Both the position numbers and the translations under genes were made by a program. Below, one piece after another: positions 47,928 through 58,111 of a DNA stretch of 64,000 nucleotides (its first letter is position 1; each line of letters begins with the position of its first letter). The stretch is taken from positions 8,786 to 72,785 of the forward strand of contig CAIKZD010000009.1 of assembly GCA_903831805.1 (NCBI GenBank). The letters run 5' to 3'. The stretch comes from an uncultured bacterium. Its GTDB lineage: Bacteria; Patescibacteriota; Minisyncoccia; Moranbacterales; UBA2206. Below the pieces are notes generated by a model. That model searched no databases and was not told the origin of the DNA. It worked only from the letters and a program-made list of their open reading frames with translations.

Positions 47928-49010
47928 ATGGGGAGAATTAAAAAAAATCTGCAAGATTGGCTGGGGAAATTTTTTGGCAGCTTTTCCAATGACATCGGGA
48001 TAGATCTCGGCACGGCCAATACTTTGGTTTATGTGAAGGGGCAAGGCATTGTCATCAACGAGCCGTCAGTGGTGGCGGTGAACAATAAGACCGGACAAGT
48101 GTTGGCCATTGGACGCGAAGCCAAGCGCATGGTGGGCAAAACCCCGGGGCACATTGTGGCGACGCGACCATTAGTGGACGGCGTAGTGAGTGATTTTGAA
48201 ATTACGGAAAAGATGCTCAAATATTTCATCGACAAGGTGAACACCGGCAAATTCGGATTTCTTTCGCGGCCACGCGTGGTCATTGGGATTCCGTCGGACG
48301 TGACGGAAGTGGAAAAGCGCGCAGTGATTGACGCGACAATGAGTGCCGGCGCGCGCGAAGCCTATCTCATCGATGAGCCGATGGCTGCGGCTATCGGGGC
48401 GCGCTTGCCCGTGCAAGACGCGGCGGGGAATATGATTGTGGACATCGGCGGTGGGACGACGGACATTGCGGTCATCTCCTTGGGTGGTATTGTGGTATCA
48501 CGGAACTTGCGCATCGCCGGAGACGAAATGAATGAGGACATCACGCGCTATTGTCGCGATGAGTTTAATTTGCTAGTCGGTGAAAAAACAGCCGAAGACG
48601 TGAAAATTGCTATCGGGAGCGCTTGCCCGCAGGAAAAGAAAATGCAGCTGACCGTGCGCGGCCGCGACTTGGTAACGGGGTTGCCGAAAGAAGTAGTGAT
48701 TACCGGCGATCAAGCCAGAGAAGCGCTGTCGCGCTCGATCCGCATCATCATCAATAATATTAAAACGGCGGTGGAAGAAACGCCGCCGGAACTTTTGAGT
48801 GATATTATGCAACGCGGCATCATCTTGGCCGGCGGCGGCAGTCTTATCCGCGGCCTGGACCGCTTGGTGGCCGATCAGACTGAAATGCCGGTGCGCATGA
48901 TGGAAGATCCACTGACAGCCGTGGTACGCGGCACCGGCATCGTACTGGAAGACATCGAAACTCTGCGAGAAGTGCTGATTGAAAGTCAAAATGAAAGATC
49001 ACTGAGGTAA
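47928..49010 (+). CDS. mreB: rod shape-determining protein MreB
   Basis: IGIDLGTANTLVYV actin-fold motifs. Confidence 0.9.
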   Translation: MGRIKKNLQDWLGKFFGSFSNDIGIDLGTANTLVYVKGQGIVINEPSVVAVNNKTGQVLAIGREAKRMVGKTPGHIVATRPLVDGVVSDFEITEKMLKYFIDKVNTGKFGFLSRPRVVIGIPSDVTEVEKRAVIDATMSAGAREAYLIDEPMAAAIGARLPVQDAAGNMIVDIGGGTTDIAVISLGGIVVSRNLRIAGDEMNEDITRYCRDEFNLLVGEKTAEDVKIAIGSACPQEKKMQLTVRGRDLVTGLPKEVVITGDQAREALSRSIRIIINNIKTAVEETPPELLSDIMQRGIILAGGGSLIRGLDRLVADQTEMPVRMMEDPLTAVVRGTGIVLEDIETLREVLIESQNERSLR

Positions 49011-49033
49011 TAATCTTAACACATTAACCTCCT

Positions 49034-49846
49034 GTGCCACACAAATTTTTTTCTCCCAACTTCATAAAATTATTAGCGGCGCTGGTTGTTTGCTTGGCGC
49101 TGGTTTTTTTGAATCCCCGAGGATTTTTTGAACCGGTTCGCGGAATTCTATTAGGCGCGGCAAGCCCTTTCCAAAAAACTTTCTATTTTGTCAGTGAGCG
49201 GACAGGTAACATTTTTTCGCTGCTTTTTTCCATCTCCAATTTGAAAGAAGAAAATGAAAGACTGATCCAAGAAAATGGCAGCCTTTCTTCGCAGTTGGCG
49301 GAATTGAGTAGCGAGAAAAAAGAAAACGAAGATTTAAGAAAGCAACTGCAACTGCTGCCACAAAAAAATTTCCAGTTGGAAGCGGCCACAGTCATCGCGG
49401 AAGACGCACGCGGGATGGGCAGTTGGATCATGATTGACAAGGGACACGCCAGCGGGGTGGAAGTCAATATGCCAGTCATCGTGTATGATGGCATCCTGGT
49501 GGGTCGGATAAGTGAGGTCTACGCCAACAGTGCCAAGATTACGCTGCTCACCGATTCTTCCAGTTCGATCAATGTCACTGATCTGGCCACCGGTGCCAAA
49601 GGCATTTTGATAGGGGAATATAGTTTGGGCATCACGCTGGACATGGTGGAGCAAACGGAAGTTTTGAATGAAGGCGATGATATTGTCACTTCCGGTCTGG
49701 GCGGCACTACCCCGAAAGGCTTTTTGATCGGAAAAGTGGCGCAAGTCAAAAGCAGTTCGGACAAACTTTTTCAACAAGCCTCGGTTATCCCGAAAGTGAA
49801 ATATGTCGACCTAAACACAGTCTTTGTGGTAAAAGGATCTTTATAG
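49034..49846 (+). CDS. mreC: rod shape-determining protein MreC
   Basis: N-terminal transmembrane helix, coiled coil, beta domain. Position in the mreBCD cluster. Confidence 0.7.
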   Translation: MPHKFFSPNFIKLLAALVVCLALVFLNPRGFFEPVRGILLGAASPFQKTFYFVSERTGNIFSLLFSISNLKEENERLIQENGSLSSQLAELSSEKKENEDLRKQLQLLPQKNFQLEAATVIAEDARGMGSWIMIDKGHASGVEVNMPVIVYDGILVGRISEVYANSAKITLLTDSSSSINVTDLATGAKGILIGEYSLGITLDMVEQTEVLNEGDDIVTSGLGGTTPKGFLIGKVAQVKSSSDKLFQQASVIPKVKYVDLNTVFVVKGSL

Positions 49847-49853
49847 TCACAAT

Positions 49854-50375
49854 ATGTATCAAAAAATCCTAACTTTTGGGCTTATCTATCTTGCGGCGGT
49901 GGCGTCCGAATCGCTTTTCCCGGCGTTATTTTTCGGCCACGTGGCACCGGACATGGTGCTTATCCTGGTGATCATTTGGTCAAGCCGGAAAAGTTTTGAA
50001 AGTTTTTGGCTGTGGGCGATTGGTGCCGGACTCATTTTGGACGCCGTAACACTTGAGCGAATCGGGATTAGCGCCATCTCGTTCTTGCTTATTTCTTTCG
50101 CGATTAATTTTTTGTCTAAACGTTTTTTTATCGGTCAACGGAGCCGAGCTTTTTTCTGGGTAGCGATGTTGGTCGCGGGAGGCACTATGCTTAATTATCT
50201 GCTCGGGATCGGCCTCAGCGCCGCAGTCGGCAATTTGACCTTGCGAGCTTTCGATGCCAGGATATTGATTTTTAAAATCATAAATAATTTGTTGGTTTTG
50301 GCCGTCATATATTGGCCAGTGGTTTCTTCTCGCCAAATTTTCCCGGCGCTCGAGCCTCGCTTAGTTGCCAGATAA
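49854..50375 (+). CDS. mreD: rod shape-determining protein MreD
   Basis: 173-aa polytopic membrane protein after mreC. Confidence 0.6.
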   Translation: MYQKILTFGLIYLAAVASESLFPALFFGHVAPDMVLILVIIWSSRKSFESFWLWAIGAGLILDAVTLERIGISAISFLLISFAINFLSKRFFIGQRSRAFFWVAMLVAGGTMLNYLLGIGLSAAVGNLTLRAFDARILIFKIINNLLVLAVIYWPVVSSRQIFPALEPRLVAR

Positions 50376-50386
50376 TTTCAAATATT

Positions 50387-52270
50387 ATGTTACAAAAATT
50401 TTTCAATAAAAAAAGAATAGCGGCCGGCGGGGAGATAGAGGATTCCATCATGACCATCACGCAAAAAGAAGAAGCCACTATTGAGGTGCCCTTCGAGAGG
50501 AAATCGCTCACTTTTTTTTGGTATTTTATCGTCATCGCTATTAGTAGTTTGTTCGCCCGCGTTTTTTATCTCGACTTTTTCCAAGGAGACTATTATACTA
50601 GGATATCTAAGGGCAATAGTACTCGTTCGATTATGATAAGCTCTCCGCGGGGCAATGTGCTGGACCGTTATGGCAAAATCCTCGCGCGCAATATTCCCAG
50701 TATCGATGCGATCGTGGTGCCGGCCGATCTGCCTCCCGACGCGGAAGCGCGGCGTCAGATGGCGGATGCGTTGGCTGATATTCTCGGAATGAATTCCGGC
50801 AACGTGGAAATCATGCTGGCCAGCCAGGATTTGAAATCCTTGAACCCGGTGCTTTTGAAAGAAAACATTTCCCAGGATCAGGCCTTGATCATTGCGGAAA
50901 AAAGGAATGACTTTTCCGGCGTGCAATTGGAAAAAACCGCTATTCGGCAATATGAGAACGGAGAAATTTTTTCGCCGGTTATCGGTTATGACGGCAAGAT
51001 TACGCAGAGTGAAATGAATGCCAACCCGGGTTATCTGATGACGGACTATATCGGAAAAGCGGGACTGGAAAAAAGTTATGAAAAAAAATTGCAGGGGACA
51101 GCTGGTGCGACGCAGGTGGAAGTGGATTCGATGGGTCATGCCAAGCGAATTGTGGGCGTGATTGATCCGGTGCCCGGATCGGATCTGATCCTAAACATTG
51201 ATTCTGATTTGCAAAAGGAAATTTATGACAGCTTGAAAGAGACTCTGGACAAGACTGGTACGACAACAGCGGCGGCCGTCGCGATTGATCCGCGTAATGG
51301 CGGCGTCCTGGCCTTGGTCAGCATCCCCAGCTATGACAATAATCTATTTGCGAAAGGCATCAGTAACGATGAATTTCAAAATATCATTAAGGACACGGAT
51401 TTGCCACTGCTCAACCGTGCCATTGCCGGAGAATATCCGCCCGGGTCGACGATTAAGCCGGCCATGGCGGCGGCGGCTCTTTCGGAAGGCACCATTACGC
51501 CTTCTACTATAATTTCCGGCCTCGGAGGCGCGTTGCACGTGGGGGCGTGGAGTTTTGGTGACTGGAGAGCGCACGATCCCTCGGACGTCAAACTGGCCAT
51601 CGCTCAAAGCAATGACATTTTTTTCTATACCATCGGTGGCGGTTATGGGAACATTGAAGGCTTGGGCATGTCGCGCATGAAAAAATATTATAACTTATTC
51701 GGAATGGGCAGTCCTACAGGCATTGATTTGCCAGGCGAAGTGTCCGGCTTCATTCCGGACGAACAGTGGAAGAAAAGCAAAATCGGGGAACAATGGTACA
51801 TCGGAGACAGTTATCACTCCGCTATCGGTCAAGGCTTTGTCACGGTCACGCCGATTCAACTGGCCGACTATATCGCGACTTTTGCCAATGGCGGCACGCT
51901 GTATTCTCCGCGCTTGGTCAATCGGATAAAAAAGAACGATGGTCAAGAAGAAATGGTAGCGCCACAGGTAGTCCGGTCCAATTTTATCGCGCCGTCGGTG
52001 ATGCAGACCGTGCGCGAAGGGATGCGGATGACGGTCACGGGCGGGACCGCTCAAGTCCTAAAAACTTTGTCGGTGCCGGCGGCCGGCAAAACCGGCACGG
52101 CGCAGTTCGGGACGGAAGGCAAGACCCATTCCTGGTTCGCGGCTTTCGCGCCTTATGACAATCCGACCATTGCCATTGTGGTTTTGGTGCCGGGGGGCGG
52201 CGAAGGGAATTCCGCGGCTCTGCCGGTAGCACAAAAAGCTTTGGAAGCCTATTTTTCTGAAAAAAAATGA
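50387..52270 (+). CDS. mrdA: penicillin-binding protein 2 (transpeptidase)
   Basis: PBP dimerisation domain plus transpeptidase motifs STIK, SND-like, KTGT. Start at ATG 50387 after the mreD stop. Confidence 0.8.
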   Translation: MLQKFFNKKRIAAGGEIEDSIMTITQKEEATIEVPFERKSLTFFWYFIVIAISSLFARVFYLDFFQGDYYTRISKGNSTRSIMISSPRGNVLDRYGKILARNIPSIDAIVVPADLPPDAEARRQMADALADILGMNSGNVEIMLASQDLKSLNPVLLKENISQDQALIIAEKRNDFSGVQLEKTAIRQYENGEIFSPVIGYDGKITQSEMNANPGYLMTDYIGKAGLEKSYEKKLQGTAGATQVEVDSMGHAKRIVGVIDPVPGSDLILNIDSDLQKEIYDSLKETLDKTGTTTAAAVAIDPRNGGVLALVSIPSYDNNLFAKGISNDEFQNIIKDTDLPLLNRAIAGEYPPGSTIKPAMAAAALSEGTITPSTIISGLGGALHVGAWSFGDWRAHDPSDVKLAIAQSNDIFFYTIGGGYGNIEGLGMSRMKKYYNLFGMGSPTGIDLPGEVSGFIPDEQWKKSKIGEQWYIGDSYHSAIGQGFVTVTPIQLADYIATFANGGTLYSPRLVNRIKKNDGQEEMVAPQVVRSNFIAPSVMQTVREGMRMTVTGGTAQVLKTLSVPAAGKTGTAQFGTEGKTHSWFAAFAPYDNPTIAIVVLVPGGGEGNSAALPVAQKALEAYFSEKK

Positions 52271-52274
52271 ACGG

Positions 52275-52302
52275 TTGACAAGAAAAATATTTCTGCTACA
52301 AT
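52275..52302 (+). promoter_or_regulatory. sigma70-type promoter TTGACA-16-TACAAT
   Basis: Upstream of greA. Confidence 0.55.
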
Positions 52303-52346
52303 TTGCCTTAATGTTTTGTAACTAGTTTTATTCTAAAATAAAAGTC

Positions 52347-52802
52347 ATGGGAAAATTCATCACGGAAGAAGGTTTGAAAAAAATTCAAGACGAACTGACT
52401 AATCGAAAAGTGGCGGTGCGTCAGGCGATTGCGGCGGCCATCAAAGAAGCCAAAGAACAAGGCGATTTGAGCGAGAACGCCGAATACTCGGAAGCTAAAA
52501 GACAGCAAGCTGAAAATGAAGCGCGCGTGGCTGAGTTGGAATTTATGTTGAAAGAATCGACCGTCGTTAAATATGACAAAAATTCCGGCACCGTTCAGAT
52601 GGGTTCGCGGGTCAAAGTGAAATTTAATGGGGACGAAATGGAGTTCCAGCTCGTCGGTTCCAATGAAGCTGATCCGGCCTCGATGAAAATTTCCAATGAA
52701 TCTCCGATGGGCAAAGCTTTCATGCAGCACGCAAAAGGTGACAAGGTGGAAGTGAACACGCCAGGCGGAATCATGAAATATGAAATTTTGGATATAAAAT
52801 AA
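52347..52802 (+). CDS. greA: transcription elongation factor GreA
   Basis: 151 aa. N-terminal coiled coil plus C-terminal FKBP-like domain. Confidence 0.85.
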   Translation: MGKFITEEGLKKIQDELTNRKVAVRQAIAAAIKEAKEQGDLSENAEYSEAKRQQAENEARVAELEFMLKESTVVKYDKNSGTVQMGSRVKVKFNGDEMEFQLVGSNEADPASMKISNESPMGKAFMQHAKGDKVEVNTPGGIMKYEILDIK

Positions 52803-52820
52803 TTTATAGTTGTTGGGTGA

Positions 52821-52853
52821 AAAGAGAAAATTTATAATTTTCTCTTTTTGATT
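52821..52853 (+). terminator. rho-independent terminator
   Basis: aaagagaaaat/attttctcttt 11-bp stem plus T-run. Confidence 0.65.
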
Positions 52854-52876
52854 TTATTTTTCTAAGGAGAGATGAG

Positions 52877-53092
52877 ATGTTAGTGATGGGCGCAACTAAA
52901 TATGAAGAAGGTTTGGTGGTTTTTGCCGGGCATGTTATTTACAGAAACCCACAAACGGGATTATGGGAGGATATTCCTTTGGCGAAAGCGAAGGAAAAAA
53001 AGTTAATTAATGAAGGTCAAACTAGCTTTTCCGGTGGCTTGGCTACAGTCAAGGATATCGTTGCTTACCTAAGGGGTCAGGACGAGAGATAG
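52877..53092 (+). CDS. small hypothetical protein
   Basis: 71 aa, AAGGAGAG Shine-Dalgarno. Confidence 0.45.
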   Translation: MLVMGATKYEEGLVVFAGHVIYRNPQTGLWEDIPLAKAKEKKLINEGQTSFSGGLATVKDIVAYLRGQDER

Positions 53093-53101
53093 GTCGATGT
53101 T

Positions 53102-53147
53102 ACAAGGAGTGTGTTCGCCGCGACGAATACCTCCTTGTTTTTTTATG
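53102..53147 (+). terminator. rho-independent terminator
   Basis: acaaggag/ctccttgt 8-bp stem, inner ttcg/cgaa, then T7. Confidence 0.65.
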
Positions 53148-53221
53148 GGTAAAATTGCCAAATTTGGTTAAATAAGCTAGTATTGAAGCATAATTACCGG
53201 TAAAAATAAAAGATTAATTTT

Positions 53222-54721
53222 ATGCGCGAAGATATCTTAGAAACTAAATTGGATAAATTGGAAAAAATTCGTTCGGGTGGAATGGAGGCTTATCCGGAAA
53301 AATGCGAACGGACACTGAATAATGCTGAGGCGTTGGAAAAATTTGATGAATTGAGTGCGAGCGAGCAGGAAATATATCTCGTCGGGCGGGTGAAATCCAA
53401 TCGGCCGATGGGCAATGCCTGTTTCACGCACATTGAAGATGGTTTTGGCAAAATGCAATTGTTTTTGAGCAAGCAAAATGTGGGGGACGAAAAATATAAA
53501 CTGTTTGTGAAAAATGTGGAGAACGGTGATTTCATCCAGGCCAAAGGCAAATTGTTTTTGACTAAACAAGATGAAAAATCTTTGCAAGTGTCTGAGTGGA
53601 AAATGCTCAGCAAAAATATCCGACCAATCCCGACGGAATACTATGGCTTGAAAGACGAAGAGGCCTTGCTACGTAAGCGCTATTTGGATCTGATGATGAA
53701 CCCGGACACGCGCGAACTGTTCGTCAAAAAAAACATCTATTGGCAGACGGTGCGGAACTTTTTGACCACTGCCGGCTTTCTGGAAGTGCAATGTCCGGTG
53801 CTGGAGCACAGCACGGGTGGCGCGGACGCTGAACCGTTTGTGACGCACTACAATGCCCTAGACCAAGACTTCTATCTGCGAATCTCCTTAGAGCTACCCC
53901 TGAAAAGGCTCTTGGTAGGGGGCCTGGAGAAGGTTTTTGAGATTGGTCGAGTTTTCCGCAATGAAGGCATGGACCGCGACCATTTGCAAGAATTTGATCA
54001 CATGGAGTTCTATGCGGCCTATTGGGATTTTGCGCGCGGCGTGGAGTTTATTGAAAAAATGTACCGCGAAATTGTTTTGAAAGTCACGGGCGGATACAAA
54101 CATAAATTTGAAGATAATGAAATTGATTGGGAAAAACCTTTTGCCGTGGTGGATTATTTTACTGAGTTCAAAAAGGAAACCGGTATCAATCTGAGTAATG
54201 AAGTGACAATCGATGAGCTAAAGAAAAAAGCAGATGAGTTGAAAATAAAATATGAACCGGGTTATGGCCTGGGCCGCATGATTGACACGCTCTACAAAAA
54301 AACCGTGCGCCAAAGATTGATCCAGCCGTGTTTTCTGGTGGGACATCCATTGGCCGTTTCGCCTTTGGCCAAAATTGATCCGACTGATCCGAAAAAAGTG
54401 TTGCGTGTGCAAGTGGTGGCCGGACGAGGAGAGCTGTGCAATGCTTTTTCTGAACTGAACGACCCAATCGACCAGAAAAACAGATTTTTGGAACAGGCGG
54501 CCGCGCGCGAAGGTGGCGACAAGGAAGCTCAAATGATGGACGAAGATTTCGTAGAAGCCTTGGAATATGGCATGCCGCCGGCTTTCGGCTTCGGTTTCTC
54601 CGAAAGATTTTTCGCGTTTATCATGAACAAATCTATTCGCGAAACTGTTATATTTCCATCTGTCAGAACTATGACTAAATCCATGGAAGGAAGGGCTAAT
54701 ATAGTTATTGATAAAAAATAA
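53222..54721 (+). CDS. lysS: lysine--tRNA ligase (class II)
   Basis: 499 aa. Class II motifs, anticodon-binding OB fold at the N-terminus. Confidence 0.9.
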   Translation: MREDILETKLDKLEKIRSGGMEAYPEKCERTLNNAEALEKFDELSASEQEIYLVGRVKSNRPMGNACFTHIEDGFGKMQLFLSKQNVGDEKYKLFVKNVENGDFIQAKGKLFLTKQDEKSLQVSEWKMLSKNIRPIPTEYYGLKDEEALLRKRYLDLMMNPDTRELFVKKNIYWQTVRNFLTTAGFLEVQCPVLEHSTGGADAEPFVTHYNALDQDFYLRISLELPLKRLLVGGLEKVFEIGRVFRNEGMDRDHLQEFDHMEFYAAYWDFARGVEFIEKMYREIVLKVTGGYKHKFEDNEIDWEKPFAVVDYFTEFKKETGINLSNEVTIDELKKKADELKIKYEPGYGLGRMIDTLYKKTVRQRLIQPCFLVGHPLAVSPLAKIDPTDPKKVLRVQVVAGRGELCNAFSELNDPIDQKNRFLEQAAAREGGDKEAQMMDEDFVEALEYGMPPAFGFGFSERFFAFIMNKSIRETVIFPSVRTMTKSMEGRANIVIDKK

Positions 54722-54723
54722 TT

Positions 54724-55311
54724 ATGGAAAACTTAGGCATTACAAAGCAACAGGCGGATGATCTTCTTGAGAAACACATCACTGATCCGGTGACGAGGTT
54801 GCATATGATTGAATCAGGGGCAATTATGCGAGCGCTGGCCAAAAGATTTGGCGAAGATGAAGAGCGGTGGGGTATCATTGGACTGCTGCATGACATCGAT
54901 TGGGAGTTGACGAAAGAAAACTCTGGAGAACATTGCATAATGGCGGAAGGAATTTTACGCGAAGCAGGCGCGACGGATTTTCTCATTGAAACCATTCAAT
55001 CACACGGTTATGGTATGGAACTCATTCCAGTTCTTAAGGATAAAGAACGTTCCGGCAGATTGCAACACAGCTTAGTGGCAGCCGAAACTTTGACTGGGCT
55101 CATCATTGCCACAGCTCTCATGCAACCGGACAAGAAACTGGCGAGCGTGAAGCTGTCTTCGCTCAAGAAAAAATTCAAGAATAAGGGTTTCGCCGCGCGG
55201 TGTAATCGAGAATTAATTTTAGAGTGTGAAAAGGCTGGTGTGCCGCTGGACGAATTTTTGGAGTTGGGGCTTGGGGCGTTGCAGGGGATAAGTGATAAGT
55301 TGGGCTTATGA
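54724..55311 (+). CDS. HD/HDIG-domain phosphohydrolase
   Basis: GLLHDIDW HD motif. Confidence 0.65.
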   Translation: MENLGITKQQADDLLEKHITDPVTRLHMIESGAIMRALAKRFGEDEERWGIIGLLHDIDWELTKENSGEHCIMAEGILREAGATDFLIETIQSHGYGMELIPVLKDKERSGRLQHSLVAAETLTGLIIATALMQPDKKLASVKLSSLKKKFKNKGFAARCNRELILECEKAGVPLDEFLELGLGALQGISDKLGL

Positions 55312-55703
55312 AAAAAGTGATGACATTCGGTACATTTGATATTTTCCATCCGGGGCATGCGAGCTATTTGGCACAGGCGAAAAAACTGGGAGAATGTCTG
55401 ATTGTGGTAGTGGCGCGGGATGAAAACGTGGCAAGATACAAGAAACAAGATACAAGAAACAAAGAAAAGGCAAGATTGAGAGTTGTAACATCTAGCGGTT
55501 TAGCGGACTCCGTGGTGCTGGGCAGTTTGCGAAATCAATATGCCGTGATTGAAAAATTCAGACCGGATGTGATTGCACTGGGGTATGATCAAAAAGTGGA
55601 TATGCGCGAACTGAAAAGCAAATTGCAAGAATTCAGTTTGGAAACTAAAATTGTCAGATTGAAAGCGTATAAGCCGGAAGTTTATAAATCGTCAAAATTA
55701 TAA
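55308..55703 (+). CDS. cytidylyltransferase-like nucleotidyltransferase
   Basis: FGTFDIFHPGH (H/TxGH) motif. Contains a 14-bp tandem direct repeat at about 55431-55458. Confidence 0.6.
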   Translation: MKKVMTFGTFDIFHPGHASYLAQAKKLGECLIVVVARDENVARYKKQDTRNKEKARLRVVTSSGLADSVVLGSLRNQYAVIEKFRPDVIALGYDQKVDMRELKSKLQEFSLETKIVRLKAYKPEVYKSSKL

Positions 55704-56245
55704 TGATTGAATCAAAAGAATTAAAAAGATATCTGGACTTCGCCTACGAGGCTTATCAGGAGAATAATATCAGTGAGCCTGATCAGACCTATCGACAAGA
55801 CGGCAAAGTGCCATACATCATGCATCCCATTTGGTGTGCGTCGATGCTGATCGCTGACACGCAAATCCCTTGGAAAGAAAGAGCGTTGGGATTCAAGGCT
55901 TTGATTTTACATGATGTTTTGGAAGACACCGCTTTGGAATTACCGGATTGGGTAGAATCTGAAGTCAAAGAGGTTGTCAAAGAGCTGACCATGGGAAGTT
56001 TTAAGGAGGCGATGGAAAAATATAATGGTAAATCGCCCTTCATAAAGCTGCTTCTGCTGTGTGATAAATTATCCAGCATGTATGAAGATCATGTTGGTGT
56101 ATATAATAATGCTGCCATGAAATGGTCCAAGCGGAAAATCTGGAAAAAATTAACGATAAAAGGCATAGCAGAAGTCGAGGAAGCGTATGGCAATATCAGG
56201 ATTGTTCAAATAGGCAAGGCTATAGTCGAGAATACTGATTGGTAG
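55703..56245 (+). CDS. HD-domain hydrolase (RelA/SpoT-type HD-like, HDVLEDT)
   Basis: MHPIWCASML...ILHDVLEDT. Confidence 0.55.
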   Translation: MIESKELKRYLDFAYEAYQENNISEPDQTYRQDGKVPYIMHPIWCASMLIADTQIPWKERALGFKALILHDVLEDTALELPDWVESEVKEVVKELTMGSFKEAMEKYNGKSPFIKLLLLCDKLSSMYEDHVGVYNNAAMKWSKRKIWKKLTIKGIAEVEEAYGNIRIVQIGKAIVENTDW

Positions 56246-56356
56246 AATGGAGCGCGGACTGTCCGCTTTGGAGAGTGGGATTAAAATAACTTATGTATGA
56301 AAAAAATAAACTGCAAAGCTGAATTTAAGAATAATATAATAAAGTAATCAAATTAT

Positions 56357-56962
56357 ATGCCAGTACTCATTAATTTCAAAATCTGTGACAATGCCAAGGA
56401 ATGCAATGGCGTGGCGGTTTGTCCGACGGGGGCTTTGACGTGGGATCAAAAGAAGAAACGTATTAAGGTTGATAATGAGAAGTGCATCAGCTGTGGGCTG
56501 TGCGAAAAGTCTTGCATGGTGGAAGCGATTTTTGTAGCCAAAGATGAGAAAGAATATAAGAAAATCGAAAAAGAAATCAAGTCAGATAGACGGAAGGTAA
56601 CCGATTTGTTCGTGGACAGATATGGCGCGCAACCGGTCGGCTTGGCTTTTTTAATTACAGAAGAAAAGTTTGAGCTGGAAGTTTTGGGTTCGGATAAACT
56701 AGTGGCAGTGGAAATGTTCGAAGACGATTCGATCATGTGTCTTTTGAAATCGATTCCTGTAAAAGAATTGCTGAAAGATTATTCGGTCAAATATCGCAAA
56801 ATGGAAACGGACAAAAAATTGGCCAAGAAATTTGGCATCAAAAAATTTCCGACCTTGGCGTTTTTCCAAAAAGGTAAAATGATTGGCAAGGTGGAAGGAT
56901 ATTATGATAAGAAGAAAAAGGAGGAGTTAGTGAAAAAGATAAAAGCTATTATTAAAAAATAA
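56357..56962 (+). CDS. 4Fe-4S ferredoxin domain fused to thioredoxin-like fold domain
   Basis: N-terminal CxxC-rich ferredoxin motifs (CPTGAL, CISCGLCEKSC). C-terminal ...KKFGIKKFPTLAFFQKGK thioredoxin-fold-like, without CxxC. Confidence 0.5.
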   Translation: MPVLINFKICDNAKECNGVAVCPTGALTWDQKKKRIKVDNEKCISCGLCEKSCMVEAIFVAKDEKEYKKIEKEIKSDRRKVTDLFVDRYGAQPVGLAFLITEEKFELEVLGSDKLVAVEMFEDDSIMCLLKSIPVKELLKDYSVKYRKMETDKKLAKKFGIKKFPTLAFFQKGKMIGKVEGYYDKKKKEELVKKIKAIIKK

Positions 56963-56967
56963 TCCTT

Positions 56968-57336
56968 ATGGGTATTAAAGTGGAATTCAATCCGGATCTG
57001 GCGCTGAGGAATATTGCGGAGCATAAGGCTGGCCGAAGGAAAATAGAGGAATGCGTGCCAGGGGAATTGGAGGCAGGGAAAGTGTATGAATTTTTGAAAA
57101 GTGGGCAGAGGCTCTACTATTTGAGTGACAGCGAGTTTTGGGGCAATGGGCAGATTCCATTGTGTGAGACCGGTGGCGATGAAAAATTGTCGCGGCCATT
57201 GGCCAGCATCAAGATTTTGGAAGCGACGCATTTTTTGGAGGGCGGCGAAGTCTGGACGCGGGGGAAATATGAAGTCATTGAAGTTTTTGATGTGAGTGAT
57301 GAGAAAATTCATTTTGAGGCGTGCAAGAGGATATAA
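56968..57336 (+). CDS. hypothetical protein
   Basis: 122-aa ORF. Confidence 0.45.
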   Translation: MGIKVEFNPDLALRNIAEHKAGRRKIEECVPGELEAGKVYEFLKSGQRLYYLSDSEFWGNGQIPLCETGGDEKLSRPLASIKILEATHFLEGGEVWTRGKYEVIEVFDVSDEKIHFEACKRI

Positions 57337-57348
57337 TAGAAAAATATT

Positions 57349-58011
57349 GTGAACAAAAAAGAAATTATTGCGAAAATTGAGAAGGAAGCGAAGAAATTTT
57401 TTGAGGGAGCGAGTGGGTGTCATGACTGGACACATGTGGAACGGGTGAAAAATTTGGCCATACATATTGGCAAAAAAGAAAAAGCCGACCTTTTTGTTTT
57501 GGAAGCGGCGGCCTTGCTTCATGATATTGGGAGAAAGGAAGAAATGAAATGTGAAGGAAAATTTTGCCACGCGGAAAAAGGCGCGGAAATGGCCAAAAAT
57601 ATTTTAGAAAAATATAAAATAGAGAAAAAACAGGTTGAAAATATCATCCATTGCATTGAAGTCCATCGTTGGAGAAAAAATAAAAAACCAGAAACGCTTG
57701 AGGCAAGAATAATTTTTGACGCCGACAAACTGGATTCGATTGGAGCGATTGGGATTGCGCGAGATTTTCTTTTTGCGGGACATTCCGGGTCGAATTGTTT
57801 GTACACCGGCAATGAGAAAAAGCTTGCTAAAGAAGAGAAAAATTATTCTTATGGAAAAGAGGATAGTGCGCTCTTGGAATATGAAATAAAATTGAAATAT
57901 ATTTATAAAAAAATTATGACTAAAAGTGGGAAAGAAGTTGCTAGGGAACGACAAAAATACATGGATGAATTTTTTAAACGTTTTGAAAAAGAAATTAAGG
58001 GTGTGATGTGA
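57349..58011 (+). CDS. HD-domain phosphohydrolase
   Basis: HDWTHVERV...LLHDIGR...HCIEVHR. Confidence 0.65.
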   Translation: MNKKEIIAKIEKEAKKFFEGASGCHDWTHVERVKNLAIHIGKKEKADLFVLEAAALLHDIGRKEEMKCEGKFCHAEKGAEMAKNILEKYKIEKKQVENIIHCIEVHRWRKNKKPETLEARIIFDADKLDSIGAIGIARDFLFAGHSGSNCLYTGNEKKLAKEEKNYSYGKEDSALLEYEIKLKYIYKKIMTKSGKEVARERQKYMDEFFKRFEKEIKGVM

Positions 58012-58111
58012 GGTTGACTTTTAGGCATAAAAAGGCTATAAGGAAGGCAGTGTTTTTGAGGTGAGTGGAGGATTGTTGTTTTAAAATTTCATAAAAACCA
58101 AGAGGTGGATT

